From Parcubacteria bacterium C7867-008 (lineage in GTDB: Bacteria > Patescibacteriota > Minisyncoccia > Phycocordibacterales > Phycocordibacteraceae): DNA of 64,000 nucleotides. The translations under genes were made by a program, and so were the position numbers. Each line of letters opens with the position of its first letter. Positions within the stretch are counted from its first letter, which is position 1. Location: the NCBI GenBank assembly GCA_001189215.1, contig LFCR01000004.1, forward strand, positions 162,244 through 226,243, read 5' to 3'. Under the pieces are notes generated by a model that was given only the letters and a program-made list of their open reading frames with translations, had not been told where the DNA came from and did not search any database. Positions 57,279 to 64,000 of this stretch are shown here, piece by piece.

Positions 57279-58078
57279 GGATTTGATCGAGACACCGTTA
57301 CCCAAACAAGTGAGAAAGGATTTACATACGGATGAACATGAAGCACAACGTTTGGAGATGATGGGTCACTATCGATACGCGCCACCGACCCAATAGGAAG
57401 AGCCCCCGCTCCCGCAATGTATACTCCCTGTCCTTCTGTTACTCCTGCTGCTTTAGGAAGTTCAGCGGTAAAGGCACCTGAGCCTGATCCTTTTACCATG
57501 ACGGGTGTACGTGCTTCACCTACCCATGCAGCAGTCTCAAGACCGGGATTTGAATAAAGAGTGATGCGAGAAGATTTAGCAGCAACGCTTGCAACCGTGC
57601 CCACTGGTGTTCCACCCGGACCATAGGCGGTTGATCCAAGACTTACTCCAGATTCAGTACCCTGATCAATAATAAGAACATCGTATGGTGCTACCGGCGG
57701 TCGAGCGAGTACCGCAGCAAGAATACCGGGTGCTGCTTCTGTGCGTGAACCAAGTAGTGCTTCGAGATCATGTATGCGAGTGCTTAGCCTCAAATTATCT
57801 GCTTGAAGCACTACGTTTTCGGTAACAAGCTGATCACGCTCATTCGCAACAATGACGGAATTCTTAAATCCCTTAGTAACATATTCAATACCGTTACCAA
57901 CAAGTGAGCCTGTTCCCCATAGTGGTGATGCAATAGCTATAAATACCCCAGGTGCTGCAAACCGTATGATTGCAAGCACGATCATTATAAAAATAAGTAC
58001 GCCGGCAATAGCTTGCCCTGGCGTTATAAGCGCATTACGAGTGCGTGCACTAGTTCTGTGTAAGTACGGCCTCTTCAT
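57275..58078 (-). CDS. mreC: rod shape-determining protein MreC
   Basis: N-terminal TM. Coiled coil. C-terminal beta domain. Follows mreB. Confidence 0.7.
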   Translation of the reverse strand: MKRPYLHRTSARTRNALITPGQAIAGVLIFIMIVLAIIRFAAPGVFIAIASPLWGTGSLVGNGIEYVTKGFKNSVIVANERDQLVTENVVLQADNLRLSTRIHDLEALLGSRTEAAPGILAAVLARPPVAPYDVLIIDQGTESGVSLGSTAYGPGGTPVGTVASVAAKSSRITLYSNPGLETAAWVGEARTPVMVKGSGSGAFTAELPKAAGVTEGQGVYIAGAGALPIGSVARIDSDPSSPNVVLHVHPYVNPFSLVWVTVSRSNP

Positions 58079-59105
58079 GCATGAATGATTCCTGCCACGC
58101 ACGCGGATTCTCGGTAACAATACCGGTACCACGGACCACAGCAGTAAGTGGGTCGTCTGCAACGAACACAGGTACTCCAAGCATCTTTGCAAGAAGTTCA
58201 GGAAGTCCGCGCAGGAGTGCACCTCCTCCGAACACGGTTACTCCTCGCTCCAGCACATCAGAAAGAAGTTCTGGCGGAGTCCGTTCAATCACATCCTTCA
58301 TGGCTTCCATAAGACTATCCATGGATGGTGCGAGTGCTTCACGAACATGTGCGTCAGTGAGAATAACCTCGCGTGGTAGACCGGTAGCAAGGTCACGTCC
58401 ACGAATCGGTCGCTCAAGTACTTCATCAAGAGGTAGTACGGCACCAATGGCTATTTTGGCATCTTCTGCGGTGCGTTCACCAATGGCGAGCGAGAACTCA
58501 CTACGTACAAAATCAATGATGTTCTCATTCAAGCGATCACCTGCTATTTGAGAACTCTTTCCGGCAACCGTACCACCAAGTGAAATTACGGCGATGTCTG
58601 TGGTGCCCGCACCAATATCAAGAACCATGGTACCAATCGCTTCGTTGATAGGAAGCTTTGAACCAATTGCACCTGCCATCGGTTCTTCAAGAATGTATAC
58701 CTCACGGGCACCGCTAGTGAGTGCAGCGTCACGTACCGCACGACTCTCGACGTTAGTAACACCGGTTGGGACACCCACCACCACACGGGGACCAAATAAT
58801 CGGGTACGACCACTCTGTGCCTTATGGATGAGATAGGAGAGCAATTCTTGAGTAACTTCAAAGTCTGAAATCACCCCATGAGAAAGGGGGCGGACAGCCT
58901 TGATATGTCCTGGCGTTTTCCCAAGCATTGCCTTAGCAGCATTACCGACTGCTACGACCTGACCGGTCTTTTCGTTCACGGTTACCACCGATGGTTCATT
59001 GATCACAATTCCACGACCACGCACATACACAAGTGTGTTGCCGGTGCCGAGATCGATACCAATATCGCTCGAGAAAAGTGAACTAGTGCTAAAACGATTT
59101 GCCAT
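58050..59105 (-). CDS. mreB: rod shape-determining protein MreB
   Basis: DIGIDLGTGNTLVYV actin-fold N-terminus. Confidence 0.9.
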   Translation of the reverse strand: MANRFSTSSLFSSDIGIDLGTGNTLVYVRGRGIVINEPSVVTVNEKTGQVVAVGNAAKAMLGKTPGHIKAVRPLSHGVISDFEVTQELLSYLIHKAQSGRTRLFGPRVVVGVPTGVTNVESRAVRDAALTSGAREVYILEEPMAGAIGSKLPINEAIGTMVLDIGAGTTDIAVISLGGTVAGKSSQIAGDRLNENIIDFVRSEFSLAIGERTAEDAKIAIGAVLPLDEVLERPIRGRDLATGLPREVILTDAHVREALAPSMDSLMEAMKDVIERTPPELLSDVLERGVTVFGGGALLRGLPELLAKMLGVPVFVADDPLTAVVRGTGIVTENPRAWQESFMHEEAVLTQN

Positions 59106-59110
59106 ACGTA

Positions 59111-60373
59111 TTATTGAGAAACGGAGCCCATATGCGCCACTAGATCTGCACGGGAGACTTTCTTCACTTCCCCCGTAGCGCGATCTACCACCTCAACAAG
59201 ACCAGTTGAAATTGTATCTTTTCCAATAAGAATACGTGTTGGAATACCAATGAGATCACTGTCTGCAAGCTTCTCTCCTGCTCGTGCATCACGGTCGTCA
59301 TAGAGCACTTCTACCCCAAGCGCTGTTAGTTCTTCGTAGAGAGAGTCTGCATACGCAACGATAACCTCGTCATTTGATACCAGCGAAAGGAGGTGAATAC
59401 CAAATGGAGCAACCGATGCAGGCCACACTATACCCTTCTCATCAGAAAGGAGCTCAACGATTGTTCCCATCAAGCGACCGATACCAATACCGTAGGCACC
59501 AAAGACTGCTGGTTTATCAATACCATCCTCATCCTTGAAGGTTACGCCAAGTTCCTTGGTATAGCGTGTTCCATACTTGAAGATGTTTCCAACCTCTATA
59601 GACTTTGCTTCTCGTAGCGTCTCCCGAGTAACCCCAAGCCCTTCAAGAATGTCATCTTTGAGTACTTCCTCATTTACGGCGATATTCTTCGCATCATCAA
59701 TATAGACAATATCTTCGCCAGCATCACAAACAGTCTGGAACTCGTGACTGAATTGAGAGAACATGCCGCCTGAAGCGAATGTGACAAATGTCTTATCTCC
59801 AATACCTGCACGATCGTAGACATTCTTGTATGCCTGAATTGCTTTTTCGTAGAAGGCATCGAGTTCTTCTTCAGTACGATTGAAAGAATACATGTCCTTC
59901 ATCATGAATTCGCGACCGCGCATGATACCACTCTTCGCACGTAGTTCATTGCGGAACTTTGTCTGGAACTGATAGGTATATTTTGGAAGATCACGATATG
60001 AGTTCACGTGATCACGCATCATGCGTGCCATCGGTTCTTCATGGGTGCATCCAAGACCAAGTTCCGTATCATTCTTGAGTTTAGTCTTAAACCATACATC
60101 CACTTTCTCGTCGTCCCAACGATCTGTTTGCTTCCAGATCTCTGGGTCCTGCAGTGCTGTAAGTGACACCTCCTGACCACCTATTGCATTCATTTCCTCA
60201 CGAATAATGCCCTTGATCTTATCGATGACACGGAGACCCAGTGGTAGATAATCGTAGGCACCTGCCATTTCCTTGTGCACATATCCTGCACGGATTAAGA
60301 GCTGGGCGTTTTTAGAGACTTCATCAGCGGGAGCCTCTCGACGAGTCTTTGTAAAAAGGTGGGTTTGTCGCAT
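59111..60373 (-). CDS. proS: prolyl-tRNA synthetase (short, archaeal/eukaryote-like type)
   Basis: Class II motifs and C-terminal domain. Start set at MRQTHLF. Confidence 0.8.
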   Translation of the reverse strand: MRQTHLFTKTRREAPADEVSKNAQLLIRAGYVHKEMAGAYDYLPLGLRVIDKIKGIIREEMNAIGGQEVSLTALQDPEIWKQTDRWDDEKVDVWFKTKLKNDTELGLGCTHEEPMARMMRDHVNSYRDLPKYTYQFQTKFRNELRAKSGIMRGREFMMKDMYSFNRTEEELDAFYEKAIQAYKNVYDRAGIGDKTFVTFASGGMFSQFSHEFQTVCDAGEDIVYIDDAKNIAVNEEVLKDDILEGLGVTRETLREAKSIEVGNIFKYGTRYTKELGVTFKDEDGIDKPAVFGAYGIGIGRLMGTIVELLSDEKGIVWPASVAPFGIHLLSLVSNDEVIVAYADSLYEELTALGVEVLYDDRDARAGEKLADSDLIGIPTRILIGKDTISTGLVEVVDRATGEVKKVSRADLVAHMGSVSQ

Positions 60374-60439
60374 TCCCCCCAGTATACGGCTCTTGCTTCC
60401 CTTCGCAAAAGCTATTTGCAAAAGTTAAGAAATAAGTTC

Positions 60440-61531
60440 TTATGCGAACAACTTAAAGACATCGTGTGTGCTGACAATGATCATAAGGAGAATAAGGAAC
60501 GCGAATCCAACCGTGTTTACCGTCCTTCCTACTGCAGCATTAATTCGTCTTCGGGTTATTGCTTCAATAAGGACAAATAGTAGACGACCACCATCAAGTG
60601 CAGGGATTGGTATGAGGTTTATGAGCGCTAGGTTAATAGAAATGATTGCCGTTATGGTCAGCAAAGAGGTAAAGCCATTATCTGCCGCACTCCCTATCGC
60701 TCCCGCAATACCGATTGGCCCGGTCACCTGTGCAAGATCAGTTGAGAGCGTGAAGATACCTCCAAAGAAGTGCGCGAGTCCGATGGCTGTTTGTTTGGTG
60801 AGTTCCCACGTGAGTTCTGCTGCTTGGACAGGAGCCTCATACCAAGACACGGGAATAGTACCCACAGACGATACCGCTATACCAAGTCCAATGCGCCAAG
60901 GCTCTGCTGCAATAACACCACTCTTAGGCGTTGCAACAATTGTTATGTCTTCATTGTTTCGCTCAACCTTGAACGTGAGTGGCGTAAGCGTACGATCGTC
61001 CCCCACGAAGGTAGTGAAGCTATCCGTTCCAGCACCTGTGAATGTTCCATTCTTGCCCTCCACTGAATGGATCAGATCACCTGGCATGAAGCCGGCCTCT
61101 GCTGCGGGGCTTCCTGGAAGAACATTTGCTACCGCTATAACCGCATCGGGATCACGCGTTGCTTCTGCGTCGGTGAGAGCACGCTGCGTGCCAATACCAA
61201 GTGCCACAGTAATAAGGACGTATGCAAAGAGCAGGTTCATAACAATACCCGCTACCAAGGTTAGTGCCTGGAGTATCTTAGGACGTGAGCTGAATGCATC
61301 TTTTCCTGACGCATCAGTTTCATCTTCTCCATAGATACGCACAAATCCACCAAACGGAAGCCAATTCAAGGTGTACTCGGTTCCTCCTTTCTTAAAACCC
61401 CAGGCACGTGGAGGATACCCAACACCAAACTCGTCCACACGCATACCAGAAAGCTTTGCGACGATAAAGTGCCCAAACTCATGGGCCACAATGAGTGCCA
61501 CGAGTACGATTATGAAAAGGATTGCTGACAT
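60440..61531 (-). CDS. rseP: RseP-type site-2 zinc metalloprotease (M50)
   Basis: HEFGHFIVAK (HExxH). PDZ domain. Four TM helices. Confidence 0.85.
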   Translation of the reverse strand: MSAILFIIVLVALIVAHEFGHFIVAKLSGMRVDEFGVGYPPRAWGFKKGGTEYTLNWLPFGGFVRIYGEDETDASGKDAFSSRPKILQALTLVAGIVMNLLFAYVLITVALGIGTQRALTDAEATRDPDAVIAVANVLPGSPAAEAGFMPGDLIHSVEGKNGTFTGAGTDSFTTFVGDDRTLTPLTFKVERNNEDITIVATPKSGVIAAEPWRIGLGIAVSSVGTIPVSWYEAPVQAAELTWELTKQTAIGLAHFFGGIFTLSTDLAQVTGPIGIAGAIGSAADNGFTSLLTITAIISINLALINLIPIPALDGGRLLFVLIEAITRRRINAAVGRTVNTVGFAFLILLMIIVSTHDVFKLFA

Positions 61532-61543
61532 TTCTTTAGTGTA

Positions 61544-62095
61544 CTACAGCGCGATCTCGTCTTGCTTTCGTTTCATCTGCGCCTCTAGCGTCTCAACACC
61601 TTTATCAATAAACTTCTGTACCTCTTCTTTGAGACGCTTGAGATCATCGGTACCCATACCCCCTTCCTTTTCAGCAGCATCAAGTTCTTTAAGTGCATCG
61701 GTTCGGTGACCTCGTAGGGTAACTTTTGCTTGTTCAGACTTCTCACCTGCAAGCTTCTGAAGAAGGGTGCGGCGTTCTGCAGTAAGCATGGGGAAGATAA
61801 CGCGAAGTCCCCCGTCATCAACAGCAACAGAGACGCCAAGGTCAGCATCATTAATCGCTCGCTCAATATCCTTAGTTATTGATTTATCCCAGGGCACAAT
61901 ACGAAGAGTTCGAGCATCTTCAATAGTCACGCTCGCAACAGATGGGATCGGGGTTCGAGATCCATAAATCTCAGGCTTTATCGAGTCAAGGAGGGTTGGT
62001 GTTGCGCGGCCAGTGCGAATGTTAGACATCTCCCGTTGAAGCCATTCCTCGGTCTCCTGAATATTCGCTTTTAGCGTTGAAAAGTCATATGCCAT
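61544..62095 (-). CDS. frr: ribosome recycling factor
   Basis: 183-aa RRF pattern (..RTGRATP.LLD.I.....P..Q.A.V.......). Confidence 0.85.
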   Translation of the reverse strand: MAYDFSTLKANIQETEEWLQREMSNIRTGRATPTLLDSIKPEIYGSRTPIPSVASVTIEDARTLRIVPWDKSITKDIERAINDADLGVSVAVDDGGLRVIFPMLTAERRTLLQKLAGEKSEQAKVTLRGHRTDALKELDAAEKEGGMGTDDLKRLKEEVQKFIDKGVETLEAQMKRKQDEIAL

Positions 62096-62305
62096 ATAGG
62101 AGGAGTGTATCAGATGGATTGTTGGTACAAAAGGCTGAAATGGCACATCAAATTCTTCTGGATACGACATGCGGAAACACTGTTGATACTTTACGGTCTC
62201 TCATGCAAAGCGTACCTTTTATGAAGGTATCTTCATGAAGCCTTCATGCCCAAACAAGGATACTTCGTGGACATTACCCGCACACCGTAGTAATTCCAGA
62301 ACTGT

Positions 62306-62983
62306 ATGAGAATACTCATTGTTGAAGACGAAGCTAAACTTGCAGAAGCCTTGAAGAAGGGCCTTGAATTGAAGGGCTACACCGTAGACTGGCTTTCAGA
62401 CAGCGAGAAGGCACGTACACGTATAATGTTATACCGCGATGAGTATGATCTCATTCTCCTTGATCTTATGCTTCCAGGAATTGATGGAGCAACTATTTGT
62501 AAGGATGTCCGCGCTGAAGGTGTTACTACTCCTATTATTATCCTCACCGCACGTGATGAGACTGAACAGAAGATCAATCTCCTAAACCTGGGTGCAGACG
62601 ACTATATTGCAAAGCCATTCTCCTTCGATGAAGTGGTGGCGCGCATGAATGCGGTTATGCGTCGCCCAACAGAAACACTTCCAACCACGCTTAGCGTTCG
62701 TGATATCGAACTTGATCCCGGAAAGCATACCGTTACCAAAGGAGGCAAACCGGTTGCTCTTACTCTTAAAGAATTCTCACTCCTTGAATTCTTTATGCGT
62801 CACCCAAATGAAGCATTGAAGCGTGAGCAGGTACTGGATCACGTGTGGAGTTTCGACTTCCCCGCATTCAGTAACGTACTCGATGTACATATGAAGAACC
62901 TCCGTAAGAAACTCGACGACTATGCAAATGCCGACCCCCTCTTCGAAACGATTCGAGGTATTGGGTACCGACTTAACGGATAA
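62306..62983 (+). CDS. OmpR/PhoB-family response regulator
   Basis: Receiver domain (DLILLDLMLPGIDG). Winged-helix C-terminal region. Confidence 0.85.
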   Translation: MRILIVEDEAKLAEALKKGLELKGYTVDWLSDSEKARTRIMLYRDEYDLILLDLMLPGIDGATICKDVRAEGVTTPIIILTARDETEQKINLLNLGADDYIAKPFSFDEVVARMNAVMRRPTETLPTTLSVRDIELDPGKHTVTKGGKPVALTLKEFSLLEFFMRHPNEALKREQVLDHVWSFDFPAFSNVLDVHMKNLRKKLDDYANADPLFETIRGIGYRLNG

Positions 62984-63014
62984 GTACCGAAACAATCCGT
63001 ACGTAAAAAGTACG

Positions 63015-64000
63015 GTGCACATAATTGCCCTTCAGATTGTTCTTACCATCCTAACGATTGCGGTCTTTGGTTGGGGTTTGCAGTACTCGCAGACACAAAT
63101 TGTTGGGTCTATTAGTGAACACATAGCAGAAGCAATGCGTGGTGGCATCACTAATAGCAATACACTCAGTCATACAATAACTGAGGTCCGTACAGACACG
63201 ATTGCGTATGTATTCGTGATACTTATCCTATTGACCGTTGTGTTCGGCTTCCTAGCTGCACGCTTCGCACTACGTCCTACACGAGATTCACTTCAATTCC
63301 AGAAACGTTTCATTGGCAATGTTGCTCACGAGATTCGTACACCGCTTGCCATAATTAAAACAAGTACTGAAGTTGCATTGATGGATCCTCGTGTATCTAC
63401 AGATATTCGAGAGACTCTTACACAAACCATTACTGAACTCGATAGGATTTCTGAGACTATCAATAATCTCCTTTCCTTCGATAACCTTATACGGCCTGGT
63501 CGGATAAAGTCTGAGTGTGTTGATGTGGCTAGTCTTATACGCACGGTCTCCGAAAGACATCACGCACTCGCAGACTCTAGAGGCGTTATGTTACGCATAC
63601 ATATTCCCGATGGCGAGTATATGGTGTTGGGTAACGCGGTTGCACTTGATCAAGTACTCACCAACCTTATTAAAAATGCCATCAACTATACACCAGAAAA
63701 TAAAGGTGGCTCTGTATCGGTATCAATAGAAGCGGATTATCGTGGACGAATTATTATATCAATCGTAGATACCGGTATTGGTATTGCACAAAAGGATCTG
63801 TATCACATATTTGAACCATTTTATCGTGCAGAAACATCACGCAATCGCGGCGTGGGCGGTGGAACTTCTGGACTTGGACTTGCAATTGTAAACGAAATCG
63901 TACGGTTACATCGTGGCACCATCACCGTTCGCAGTGCGGTAGGCCACGGGACAACCATGGAGCTATGTTTTCCAAATGTTAATGATCCATCAAATAAACG
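63015..64000 (+). CDS. sensor histidine kinase, 3'-truncated at the window edge
   Basis: Two TM helices. HisKA H-box NVAHEIRTPLAII. HATPase N/G boxes. No in-frame ATG near the start, so 63015 (GTG) is a guess. No stop in the window. Confidence 0.65.
   Translation, partial: MHIIALQIVLTILTIAVFGWGLQYSQTQIVGSISEHIAEAMRGGITNSNTLSHTITEVRTDTIAYVFVILILLTVVFGFLAARFALRPTRDSLQFQKRFIGNVAHEIRTPLAIIKTSTEVALMDPRVSTDIRETLTQTITELDRISETINNLLSFDNLIRPGRIKSECVDVASLIRTVSERHHALADSRGVMLRIHIPDGEYMVLGNAVALDQVLTNLIKNAINYTPENKGGSVSVSIEADYRGRIIISIVDTGIGIAQKDLYHIFEPFYRAETSRNRGVGGGTSGLGLAIVNEIVRLHRGTITVRSAVGHGTTMELCFPNVNDPSNK

Noticed and set aside
1-64000. CRISPR arrays, rRNA genes, transposases/integrases, phage structural genes.
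   Set aside because: No direct-repeat arrays, rRNA-like conserved stretches, or DDE/tyrosine-recombinase-like ORFs were seen on either strand. The many hairpins are single intrinsic terminators, not repeat arrays.

Overview
This 64 kb window is a low-GC (about 45%) segment of a streamlined bacterial chromosome. The gene content suggests a Patescibacteria/CPR-like organism, possibly a Saccharibacteria-type Gram-positive-like lineage; that assignment is a guess. The core is dense housekeeping. It carries seven aminoacyl-tRNA synthetases (tyrS, trpS, asnS/aspS-type, gltX, cysS, lysS, proS) and two tRNAs (tRNA-Tyr-GTA and tRNA-Glu-CTC). Its cell-wall and division genes form a split dcw cluster: mraY-ftsW-murG on the + strand and mraZ-rsmH-ftsL-ftsI-murF on the - strand. 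It also has an mreBCD-mrdA block, scpAB, dnaB, recR, rmuC, truB and greA. Ribosomal proteins L27, L9 and L21 are present, as are frr, rseP, ctpA, corA and pepA. The remaining named genes are a type IV pilin, an OmpR-type response regulator with a truncated histidine kinase at the 3' edge, and an operon of a Met-rich protein with a CcdA-thioredoxin fusion behind a 22 bp perfect palindrome. The most striking property is that the intergenic spaces of this backbone hold at least 15 compositionally foreign single-gene cassettes. These are visibly GC-rich, estimated by eye at roughly 55-62%, and use CTG/GCC/CGG/GGC codons where the backbone uses CTT/GCA/CGT/GGT. Nearly every one is a self-contained unit of a GGAG-type Shine-Dalgarno, an ORF of unknown function and its own GC-stem/T-run intrinsic terminator. 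They occur on both strands. The largest cluster sits around tRNA-Glu (43.7-46.5 kb). It has a sigma70-like promoter and a 623-aa B12-binding radical-SAM-like protein with a noncanonical CX8CX2C motif and a Trp/Cys-rich N-terminal extension. It also includes small membrane/secreted ORFs. A second GreA-like paralog (GC-rich) sits directly after tyrS and tRNA-Tyr. I cannot assign a function to the cassette set from sequence alone. Its systematic architecture is the main candidate for novelty.
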